Below are positions 9,385-17,137 of a stretch of DNA of 64,000 nucleotides, in pieces. The notes below the pieces were generated by a model. It saw only the letters and a program-made list of their open reading frames with translations, was not told where the DNA came from and did not search any database. Within the stretch, counting starts at the first letter, position 1, and each line of letters opens with the position of its first letter. Both the position numbers and the translations under genes were made by a program. Source of the DNA: Flavobacteriaceae bacterium (GTDB lineage Bacteria > Bacteroidota > Bacteroidia > Flavobacteriales > Flavobacteriaceae); the NCBI GenBank assembly GCA_947456815.1, contig CANGTL010000004.1, positions 22,958 to 86,957 of the forward strand, in the 5' to 3' direction.

Positions 9385-10284
9385 ATGAGAACTTTTATTT
9401 TAATATTGATGATGATGTCAATGTCAGTCCAAGCGCAAAAGGAAGACATTATTAATAGTGGCAATTCAAAATTATATTATCGAATTTTCGGCGAAGGAAA
9501 GCCGATGTTAATTATCAATGGTGGTCCTGGTATGAACAGCGATGGATTTAGTAGTATCGCCCAAACATTAACGCAATACGATTACCAAACAATCACCTAT
9601 GATCAGCGAGGAACTGGAAAATCTACATTGGAACTATTAAATTCAAAAACCATTACGATGGATTTGATGGTGGAAGACATGGAAATTCTCAGAACGCATC
9701 TCAACATAGAAAAATGGACAATCCTCGGACATTCTTTTGGTGGCATCATGGCTGCTTATTACGCAACTAAACATCCTGAACGCGTTGAGAAATTGATTCT
9801 GTCCAGTTCAGGAGGCATTAACATGGAGTTTACTTCGTACGTAGCAAAAAGACAACAAGCCAATCTTACAGACATGCAAAGAGATAGTTTGGCTTATTAT
9901 CAAAAGAAACAAAATCACGGTGATACTTCGATTGAAACCATGAAAGGACGTACTAAATTTTTGGCATTTGCTTATGTTTATGATCAATCGAAAGCGCCAA
10001 TTATAGCAGAAAGATTGCAGCAATTTAATGCGGAAATTAATAGATTGGTAATTCAAGATTTATTTAGAATCAAGTACGATTGTTCGAATAAGTTTCCAAA
10101 TTTTGACAAGCCAGTTTTGGTATTGCAAGGTAAAAATGATATTATTACTGTTGATACGGCTCAGAAAACAGCCAAAGCATTTCCCAATTCAAAACTCGTG
10201 TTAATGGATCGTTGTGCACATTACGGTTGGCTTGATGCACCGGAAGTCTATTTTGCTAGCATTCAAAGTTTTTTAAATAGTTAA
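9385..10284 (+). CDS. Exported alpha/beta hydrolase (prolyl aminopeptidase-like)
   Basis: GGPG oxyanion loop, DQRGTGKS, GHSFGG nucleophile and CAHYGW His. Sec signal MRTFILILMMMSMSVQA followed by Gln. Confidence 0.85.
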   Translation: MRTFILILMMMSMSVQAQKEDIINSGNSKLYYRIFGEGKPMLIINGGPGMNSDGFSSIAQTLTQYDYQTITYDQRGTGKSTLELLNSKTITMDLMVEDMEILRTHLNIEKWTILGHSFGGIMAAYYATKHPERVEKLILSSSGGINMEFTSYVAKRQQANLTDMQRDSLAYYQKKQNHGDTSIETMKGRTKFLAFAYVYDQSKAPIIAERLQQFNAEINRLVIQDLFRIKYDCSNKFPNFDKPVLVLQGKNDIITVDTAQKTAKAFPNSKLVLMDRCAHYGWLDAPEVYFASIQSFLNS

Positions 10285-10287
10285 GTC

Positions 10288-11874
10288 ATGAAGCATTACG
10301 ACGACAATTTCGCCCATGATTATTTGCCTGCTTTGGAATTACAGCCTAGTTATATTTTTAATTTACCAGAATTCCAACAGCCAGAAATGTTGAATTGTGT
10401 CGAAAGATTACTCGACCATCACATCCATTCTGGACACGGAAATAGCATTTGTCTGCGCACGTTTGATGCCACTTGGACGTACCAAGAATTGTATGAGAAA
10501 GCCAATCAAATCGCACACGTTTTAATAGAAGATCTCAATCTAAAATCGGGTAATCGTGTCCTAATTCGTTCTGCCAACAACCCAATGATGGTGGCATGTT
10601 GGTTTGCTATTCTTAAAGCTGGAGGTATCGTAGTGGCAACGATGCCGTTGTTGCGATCGAAAGAACTGACAACCATCATCGAATGTGCCGAAATATCGCA
10701 TGCTTTCTGTGATATTGAATTGGCTGATGAAATGAATTTGGTTCAATCTGATTTTTTGCGAGAAGTGTGTTACTATCGCAATGCTACCTTAGAAAAATTA
10801 ATGCAGTCCAAAACGAAAACATTCACCAACTACCATTCAAAATCAGATAGCATCGCCTTAATTGGCTTTACTTCAGGCACCACAGGATTGCCGAAAATGA
10901 CGTCGCATTTCCATGCAGACATTCTCAATATTTGCGAAGCGTTTCCACCTTATTCATTGCAACCGTCGTCAAAAGATATTTTTACAGGAAGTCCACCGCT
11001 TGGTTTTACTTTTGGTTTGGGAGGTTTGGTTTTGTTTCCGATGTATTTTGGAGCATCAACTTTTTTAATAGAAAAACCAAGTCCAGATTTGTTGTTACAG
11101 GCAATTCAAGATCACAAGATCACGATTTGCTTTACAGCGCCCACCGCTTGGCGCGTGATTACGACGAAAGTGCATGAGTTTGATATTTCTAGTCTACGAA
11201 AATGTGTCTCCGCAGGTGAAACTTTGCCTTTAAAAGTTTGGCAGGATTGGTACGACGCTACTGGACTCAAAATCATTGATGGGATTGGAGCGACAGAAAT
11301 GTTGCATATATTTATTTCATCTAACGAATCGAATATGAAACCTGGCGCTACTGGAGTTGCGATTAAAGGTTACGAAGCGAAGATTATTGATGAAAACGGC
11401 ATTGAAGTTCCTAGAAACGAACCAGGACGATTGGCAGTACGCGGCATTACAGGCTGTAAATATTTAAATCGCCCTGACAAACAACAAGAATATGTTCAAA
11501 ATGGATGGAACATCACTGGCGATATATTCCGCAAAGACGATGACGGATACTTTTGGTTTGTCGCTCGAGGAGACGATATGATTATTTCTTCGGGTTATAA
11601 TATTGGCGCGGTTGAAGTAGAAAGTGTACTTTTAACCCACGATGAAATTCATGAATGTGCTGTTGTAGGCCTGCCCGATTCTGAACGCGGAATGGTGGTT
11701 TGTGCCCATATCGTTCTAAAAGAAAAAAGTAAAGCATCCGAAGATTTAACAAAAGCTATTCAGTTGTGGTTTAAAGAAGTAGCTGCTCCATATAAATATC
11801 CAAGAAAGATTCATTTTGTGGAAGAATTGCCTAAAACAGAAACAGGTAAGATTCAACGATTTAAGTTAAAATAA
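10288..11874 (+). CDS. Aryl-CoA ligase (2-aminobenzoate-CoA ligase AbmG-like)
   Basis: FTSGTTGLPK, SPPLGFTFGLGG (aminobenzoate-ligase type), DGIGATEMLHIF and LPKTETGKIQRF. Confidence 0.88.
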   Translation: MKHYDDNFAHDYLPALELQPSYIFNLPEFQQPEMLNCVERLLDHHIHSGHGNSICLRTFDATWTYQELYEKANQIAHVLIEDLNLKSGNRVLIRSANNPMMVACWFAILKAGGIVVATMPLLRSKELTTIIECAEISHAFCDIELADEMNLVQSDFLREVCYYRNATLEKLMQSKTKTFTNYHSKSDSIALIGFTSGTTGLPKMTSHFHADILNICEAFPPYSLQPSSKDIFTGSPPLGFTFGLGGLVLFPMYFGASTFLIEKPSPDLLLQAIQDHKITICFTAPTAWRVITTKVHEFDISSLRKCVSAGETLPLKVWQDWYDATGLKIIDGIGATEMLHIFISSNESNMKPGATGVAIKGYEAKIIDENGIEVPRNEPGRLAVRGITGCKYLNRPDKQQEYVQNGWNITGDIFRKDDDGYFWFVARGDDMIISSGYNIGAVEVESVLLTHDEIHECAVVGLPDSERGMVVCAHIVLKEKSKASEDLTKAIQLWFKEVAAPYKYPRKIHFVEELPKTETGKIQRFKLK

Positions 11875-11890
11875 TATATACGCGTAATAT

Positions 11891-12316
11891 ATGAACCAAC
11901 CCTTTATCAAAACTGAAAAAATCCGTTTCAAACATGTCGATTATGCTGGCATCGTTTTCTATCCACGTTTTTTAGAAATGCTCAATGACTTGGTCGAAGA
12001 CTGGTTTGAAGAAGCACTAGATCGTCCTTTCTCGGAAATTCACGAAACCAATGGGATTCCAACTGTTGATTTGAAAGTGCAGTTCAAAAATGCCGCACGA
12101 TTGGGACAAGTACTCCAAAAGAAATTATGGGTTAAAAATATTGGCTTCGCTTCGCTCCTATGCGGATTCGAATTTATCGACGAAACCGGTAAAACAACAC
12201 TTTCAGGTGAAGTAACTTTGGTGAATGTGGCAATCAGCGAAAATCGCAACGAGATCAAAGCAGAACCCTTTTCCGAAATAATGAAAATGAAAATTTCCAA
12301 ATACATCATCGAGTAG
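11891..12316 (+). CDS. Hotdog-fold acyl-CoA thioesterase (4-hydroxybenzoyl-CoA thioesterase family)
   Basis: IRFKHVDYAGIVFYPRFLEM N-terminal motif. Confidence 0.9.
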   Translation: MNQPFIKTEKIRFKHVDYAGIVFYPRFLEMLNDLVEDWFEEALDRPFSEIHETNGIPTVDLKVQFKNAARLGQVLQKKLWVKNIGFASLLCGFEFIDETGKTTLSGEVTLVNVAISENRNEIKAEPFSEIMKMKISKYIIE

Positions 12317-12324
12317 TATTTTTG

Positions 12325-12355
12325 AACTTACAACTTACAACTTACAACTTACAAC
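12325..12355 (+). repeat. Tandem heptamer (AACTTAC)x4 plus AAC
   Basis: Read directly, between the thioesterase stop and the nitrilase ATG. Confidence 0.95.
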
Positions 12356-12378
12356 ATAGAACTGACAACACACAACCA

Positions 12379-13359
12379 ATGACCTTCCCAAAATTTAAAG
12401 CCGCCGCCGTACAAACAGCACCCGTATTTCTCAATGTACCAAAAACGGTCGATAAAGCGATTTCGTTCATCCAAGAAGCGAGTCGAAATGGTGCGCAACT
12501 CATCGCCTTTCCTGAAGTATTTATCGCAGGTTATCCCTATTGGAATTGGATTATGACACCCGTGCAAGGCAGTAAATGGTACGAACAATTATACAAAAAC
12601 TCCGTCGCTGTTGAAGATGCTGATATGCAACGGTTGTTCAAAACAGCAAAAGACCATAACATTCATGTCGTCATTGGTATTAATGAACGCGGCTCAAGTT
12701 ATGGTGAAATCTACAACACAAATCTCATTATTGATAACCAAGGAAATCTCATAGGGAAGCACAGAAAACTCGTGCCAACGTGGGCAGAAAAACTCACATG
12801 GACCTCCGGTGATGGTTCTTCTTTGAAAGTGTATAACACCGAAATAGGTCCAATAGGCACTTTAGCTTGTGGTGAAAATACGAATACTTTAGCACGATTT
12901 ACATTGTTGACGCAAGGTGAGTTAATTCACATTGCCAATTATATTTCACTACCAGTTGCGCCGCCCGATTACGACATGGCAGAAGCCATAAAGATCCGTG
13001 CTTGTGCCCATTCCTTTGAAGGGAAATTATTCACCATTGTTTCCTGTTCAACGATTTCACAAGAAATAAAAGACGCCTTGCGCAGTGATGTTCCGAATGT
13101 TGATGAAATTCTAACCCGAAAAAATTCTGCTTTTTCTGGATTTATCGGACCCAATGGTGCCGTAATCGGAACGCCATTAATTGATGATGAAGGGATTATC
13201 TACGCCGACATCGATCTCGAAAAATGCATTCAACCCAAACAAATGCACGATATTCTCGGACATTACAACCGTTTTGATATTTTTGATTTACGAGTGAATA
13301 CTGCTCCAACAAGAAATATTACTTTTATAGACAATCACGAGGATTTTAATAAGAAATAA
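12379..13359 (+). CDS. Nitrilase (carbon-nitrogen hydrolase, branch-1-like)
   Basis: Triad motifs FPEVFI, HRKLVPTWAEK and LACGENT. Start moved from the TTG at 12322, which translates the heptamer repeat, to ATG 12379. Confidence 0.9.
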   Translation: MTFPKFKAAAVQTAPVFLNVPKTVDKAISFIQEASRNGAQLIAFPEVFIAGYPYWNWIMTPVQGSKWYEQLYKNSVAVEDADMQRLFKTAKDHNIHVVIGINERGSSYGEIYNTNLIIDNQGNLIGKHRKLVPTWAEKLTWTSGDGSSLKVYNTEIGPIGTLACGENTNTLARFTLLTQGELIHIANYISLPVAPPDYDMAEAIKIRACAHSFEGKLFTIVSCSTISQEIKDALRSDVPNVDEILTRKNSAFSGFIGPNGAVIGTPLIDDEGIIYADIDLEKCIQPKQMHDILGHYNRFDIFDLRVNTAPTRNITFIDNHEDFNKK

Positions 13360-13360
13360 A

Positions 13361-14470
13361 ATGAACGAAAAACATTCTGACGACGTCATCGGTCGCGCCC
13401 GAGTAAAAGACACTCCTGAACTCGAAGCCTATTATAAAGAACTCGAAGCACTCGGCGCCGGTGCCTTGTGGACCGTTGCCAATGATATCGAACCATGGGA
13501 ACCCAGAAGTTCTTCTGTTCCTATGTTGTGGAAATACGAAGATTTACGAAGTTTAGTCTTAAAATCATCTGAACTCGTTACTCCAGAACAAGCCGGACGA
13601 AGAGTCGTCTATTTGGTCAATGACAAACGCAAAGACGTTTCTGCCGCTGTCGGTTGGTTGTATACTGGAATTCAAGTTACACGTCCAGGAGAAAGCACTT
13701 CTGCCCACCGCCACAAAGCATCAGCCTTGCGATTTATTATGGAAGGCGACAAAGGCTACACTGTTGTAGATGGGAATAAAATCATGCTTGAAGTCAATGA
13801 TTTTGTGATTACGCCGAATTCCACTTGGCACGAACACGGTGTAGAAGCCGACGGGCAAACTTGTATTTGGCAAGATGGCCTTGATATTCCGCTCGTCAAC
13901 GCATTAGAAGCCAATGATTATGCGGTGTATGATGGCAAACAACCTCTAGATTTTCCGGTTAATTATTCACCAATCACTTACGGTTGCGCTGGTCTAATTC
14001 CAGCAGATGTGACTTGGGATAAACCATATTCTCCTTTATTTAAATATTCTTGGAAAGTAGTTTATCCCGCTTTACTTGAAATGCTAAAAGTAAAAGAACT
14101 CCATCCGATTGATGGTATTCTAATGCAATATTCCAATCCATTAACAGGTGGCCACGTGATGCAAACCATGGGCGCCTCGATGCAATTGTTACCTGCCGGT
14201 TTCAGAGGGAAAGCGCACAAACATACCGGTTCATTTGTCTATCAATGTGCTAAAGGCAGCGGCTACTCGATTATCAACGGGCAACGATTTGATTGGAAGG
14301 AACGGGATATTTTCTGTGTTCCGTCTTGGGCGTGGCACGAACATCACAACGCATCTGACACCGAAGACGCATGCTTGTTCTCGTTCAACGATTTACCCAC
14401 GATTGAGAAACTCGGATTGTATCAAGAGAAAATATTTGAAGATAACAATGGTTTTCAAAAGTTGAATTAG
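13361..14470 (+). CDS. Bicupin ring-cleaving dioxygenase, gentisate/salicylate 1,2-dioxygenase family
   Basis: AGRRVVYL; SAHRHKASALRF and TWHEH in the first cupin; AHKHTGS and AWHEH in the second cupin; WQDGLDIPLV. Confidence 0.9.
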   Translation: MNEKHSDDVIGRARVKDTPELEAYYKELEALGAGALWTVANDIEPWEPRSSSVPMLWKYEDLRSLVLKSSELVTPEQAGRRVVYLVNDKRKDVSAAVGWLYTGIQVTRPGESTSAHRHKASALRFIMEGDKGYTVVDGNKIMLEVNDFVITPNSTWHEHGVEADGQTCIWQDGLDIPLVNALEANDYAVYDGKQPLDFPVNYSPITYGCAGLIPADVTWDKPYSPLFKYSWKVVYPALLEMLKVKELHPIDGILMQYSNPLTGGHVMQTMGASMQLLPAGFRGKAHKHTGSFVYQCAKGSGYSIINGQRFDWKERDIFCVPSWAWHEHHNASDTEDACLFSFNDLPTIEKLGLYQEKIFEDNNGFQKLN

Positions 14471-14546
14471 GAGCTTTTTCCCGCTCTCCGCTATATCTTT
14501 TGTTTCATTGCATTACACAAAAGGATACCGCTGCGATCGGGGCTAG
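14467..14546 (+). repeat. REP-like hairpin element, copy A (no inner module)
   Basis: TTAGGAGC..CCCGCT..CGCTATATCTTTTG...CAAAAGGATACCGCTGCGATCGGGGCTAG, similar to the copies at 26865, 36473 and 55002. Confidence 0.85.
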
Positions 14547-14586
14547 CCCACCCCACCCTTCGGGCACCCCTCCAAAGGAGGGGAAA
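14547..14586 (+). repeat. GC-rich REP-like palindrome
   Basis: CCCACCCCACCCTTCGGGCACCCCTCCAAAGGAGGGGAA, containing a perfect CCCCTCC-AAA-GGAGGGG hairpin. Single copy in the window. Confidence 0.6.
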
Positions 14587-14612
14587 CCATCAACAACGAT
14601 TAAATAAAATAC

Positions 14613-14620
14613 TAACTTTG
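14613..14620 (+). promoter_or_regulatory. Bacteroidetes -7 element (TAACTTTG), possible internal promoter for FAH-maiA
   Basis: Exact TAnnTTTG about 40 nt before the FAH ATG, overlapping an octamer array. No clear -33 TTG. Confidence 0.35.
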
Positions 14621-14640
14621 CGCCTCCGCGACTTTGCGAG
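14616..14640 (+). repeat. Degenerate octamer array CTT(T/C)GCG(C/A)-like x3
   Basis: ctttgcgc ctccgcga ctttgcga, with a related array at 25965-25988. Confidence 0.7.
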
Positions 14641-14661
14641 CAAAAAAAACAGAAACACACA

Positions 14662-15570
14662 ATGAAACTACTCACCTACCAAACCAAAGATACCGAACCT
14701 CGCTTGGGATTCATTCATAACAACCAAGTCATCGATATGGAAGATTTCGGAGAAATATCCAATTTTCCGTTGCCTACTTCAATGTTAGAACTCATTGACA
14801 TGGGATTTGAAATCATCGATGAACTCAACAGCATGATTGCTGATACAGAACCAGCGTTCTTTAAAGAAATCGCTTACGAAATGGACGAAATTATCTTTCT
14901 CGCTCCAATTCCAAAACCGCGAAAAAACATCATCGGCATTGGATTGAATTATACCGAACACGTGGCAGAAAGTGCGCGTACTTTAGACACTTCCAACGAA
15001 TTGCCACAAAGTCCAATTATATTTTCAAAACCACCAACAACCGTTACGGCCACCAACACCAACATCTTGTTGAATCCCAAATTGACACAACAACTCGATT
15101 GGGAAGTTGAACTGGCAGTCGTGATTGGTAAAAAAGGAAAATACGTGCCTAAAGCCGATGCGATGGATTATGTTTTCGGCTATACCGTAATCAATGATAT
15201 TTCTGCGCGAGATTGCCGCCGATCTGGTCAGTGGATTGTTTCGAAAGGACAAGATACCTTTGCACCGATGGGACCAGTTTTGGTAACAAAAGACGAAATC
15301 TCGAATCCACATAATTTGAATTTATCGTTGACAGTCAATGGTGTCGAGAAGCAAAACTCCAATACCAAATTTATGCTGTTTAACATCAGCGATTTAATTG
15401 AAGATTTGAGCACCGTTTTTACTATCGAAGCCGGAGATATTATTGCAACCGGAACACCATCTGGCGTTGGTGCTGGTCGAAATCCACAAGAATGGTTGTG
15501 GGATGGCGATGTCGTCGAAGCTACTGTTGAAGGCATCGGTACGATTGTCAATACGGTAAAGTCGATGTAG
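14662..15570 (+). CDS. Fumarylacetoacetate hydrolase family protein
   Basis: IGIGLNYTEH, IIFSKP, LDWEVELAVVIGK, NDISARD, SKGQDTFAPMGP and DIIATGTPSGVG. Confidence 0.95.
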   Translation: MKLLTYQTKDTEPRLGFIHNNQVIDMEDFGEISNFPLPTSMLELIDMGFEIIDELNSMIADTEPAFFKEIAYEMDEIIFLAPIPKPRKNIIGIGLNYTEHVAESARTLDTSNELPQSPIIFSKPPTTVTATNTNILLNPKLTQQLDWEVELAVVIGKKGKYVPKADAMDYVFGYTVINDISARDCRRSGQWIVSKGQDTFAPMGPVLVTKDEISNPHNLNLSLTVNGVEKQNSNTKFMLFNISDLIEDLSTVFTIEAGDIIATGTPSGVGAGRNPQEWLWDGDVVEATVEGIGTIVNTVKSM

Positions 15571-15572
15571 CA

Positions 15573-15700
15573 CTAGACCCGCGTTAGGGATTGTAGTGAA
15601 AATCCTTTTTTGTTTAGTGAAAAGCCCTTCGACTGCGCTCAGGGTGACAAACAAAAAAGATTGCAACGAAAAGCCCGCCCGCTTTTTCTGCGGGAACGCC
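15573..15700 (-). repeat. REP-like element, copy B, with nested GTCACCCTGAGCGCAGTCGAAGGG module
   Basis: The reverse complement shares the core CGTT.CAATCTTTTTTGTTT...AAACAAAAAAGGATTT.CACT with copy C. Inner module at 15625-15648, terminal CCCGC/GCGGG hairpin. Confidence 0.85.
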
Positions 15701-15764
15701 CATATAAAAATCCAAAGCCGCAGGCGTGTCTAAAGCGTAGCGTGTCTAAAAATCTAAAAATCTA

Positions 15765-16514
15765 ATGAAAAAATACAGAATTGGACAAATAGTTCCTTCA
15801 TCCAACGTAACGATGGAAACCGAAATTCCAGCAATTTTCCGCTCTAGAGAAACGATATTGCCTGAACGATTTACGTTTCACAGCAGTAGAATGAGGATGA
15901 AAAAAGTTACCAAAGAAGAGCTTGAAGCGATGGATGCGATGAGTTTGAAATGTGCGCAAGAACTTTCTGATGCGCATGTTGATGTCATGGGTTATGCGTG
16001 TTTGGTTGCGATTATGAGTATGGGACGCGGTTATCATTGCGTATCGGAAGTCAATTTGCATCAAGAGACCATTGCCAACGACTTCCCTACTCCGATTGTG
16101 ACTTCCGCTGGCGCCTTGATTAACGGATTGAAAGTCTTAGGAGCGAAGAAAGTCGCGATTATTACACCGTATATGCGTCCGTTGACCGATATGGTTGTGG
16201 ATTATATCGAGCATCAAGGATTTGAAGTAGTCGATTCGATTGCGTTAGAGATTCCGGATAATTTAGAAGTGGCAGCGCAGGATCCGATGAATTTATTGGA
16301 AATCTACAAGCGCTTGGATTTGACTGGTGTGGATGTTTTGGTTGCATCGGCTTGTGTTCAGATGCCTTCGTTGGAAGCCATTGATTTGATTCAAGCAGCC
16401 ATTGGCATTCCAGTGACTTCTGCGGCAGTGTGCACCACTTATGAAATGATGAAGAAGTTGGGCATTGAGGCTAAATCTGCTATAGGTGGGGAACTGCTGA
16501 ATGGAAAGTATTAA
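15765..16514 (+). CDS. maiA: Maleate cis-trans isomerase (Asp/Glu racemase superfamily)
   Basis: YRIGQIVPSSNVTMETEIP and RFTFHSSRMRM, with the catalytic Cys pair in GYACLVAIM and SACVQMPSL. Closely resembles the MaiA/NicE family. Confidence 0.92.
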   Translation: MKKYRIGQIVPSSNVTMETEIPAIFRSRETILPERFTFHSSRMRMKKVTKEELEAMDAMSLKCAQELSDAHVDVMGYACLVAIMSMGRGYHCVSEVNLHQETIANDFPTPIVTSAGALINGLKVLGAKKVAIITPYMRPLTDMVVDYIEHQGFEVVDSIALEIPDNLEVAAQDPMNLLEIYKRLDLTGVDVLVASACVQMPSLEAIDLIQAAIGIPVTSAAVCTTYEMMKKLGIEAKSAIGGELLNGKY

Positions 16515-16791
16515 TTTATTACTTTAGAATGATTTGATGTTAAGTAGAATTTGCTGATGTGGTGGATTTTCTTTGCATGTAGGTCGATGTTGTACTTTTA
16601 TTATTTTAAGCAAAGAAGTGGTAGATTTCAAATTGATGTTTCGAAATAGTACTTTCATATTTAGCTGCAATTAATTGTCAAATTTCAAGTTACAACGAGT
16701 TTTTCACCAGTTCATCGAAAAATTATGGTAGGCAATTTAATTCCTTATACTTTAGCTGAAAATTAATAGTATTAATAAAAACCTACCCCCG

Positions 16792-17061
16792 ATGAATCAA
16801 AGTATTACTACACTAGCCCTCAATCTTTTAATATCAGAAAGATTAAATCACAGAATTGTTTTTGCAGGAAAAATTATTGAAATTCTGCGTCAAAGTATTC
16901 AGGATTTAGAAAATGAAGAAGAAAGATTGAATAATTTTATGGGAACTATTTCAAAATGCACGCAAGAACCAAATTGTCAAGAAAGAGAATTATTTTATGA
17001 ACTTGCGCAGTATTACAACAGCAGAATTTTTGGACAATCAAATTTTTCTGCCGTGGCATAA
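16792..17061 (+). CDS. Hypothetical protein, 89 aa, helical
   Basis: Stand-alone ORF in an otherwise empty interval, with an ATG start and a strong downstream terminator. No recognisable motif. Confidence 0.6.
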   Translation: MNQSITTLALNLLISERLNHRIVFAGKIIEILRQSIQDLENEEERLNNFMGTISKCTQEPNCQERELFYELAQYYNSRIFGQSNFSAVA

Positions 17062-17088
17062 TTGATTGAAATAATGTTCATTGAACTT

Positions 17089-17129
17089 AAAACAAAAAAG
17101 GCTTTCAAAATGAAAGCCTTTTTTGTTTT
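17089..17129. terminator. Bidirectional intrinsic terminator
   Basis: Perfect 19-bp inverted repeat AAAACAAAAAAGGCTTTCA-AAA-TGAAAGCCTTTTTTGTTTT between convergent genes. Confidence 0.92.
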
Positions 17130-17137
17130 TTATATTT

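Noticed and set aside
7084-12316. Classical Azoarcus-type abm pathway
   Set aside because: There are no acyl-CoA dehydrogenase, enoyl-CoA hydratase or thiolase genes, and the reductase catalytic residues are substituted.
12322-12378. N-terminal extension of the nitrilase (MNLQLTTYNLQ...)
   Set aside because: It is a translation of the heptamer repeat from a TTG; the family-like sequence starts at ATG 12379.
15394-15666. 90-aa minus-strand ORF spanning the FAH end and repeat copy B
   Set aside because: It is translated repeat plus antisense FAH sequence.
6477-16514. Nicotinate (nic) pathway, suggested by maleate isomerase plus an alpha/beta hydrolase
   Set aside because: No nicotinate hydroxylase, NicC, NicX or isochorismatase-fold NicF is present. 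The hydrolase is exported and the upstream enzymes are aryl-CoA type.
16524-16658. 44-codon minus-strand ORF (MKVLFRNINLKSTTSLLK...) in the gap after maiA
   Set aside because: It is short, has no motif or support, and is plausible by chance, so it is not called.
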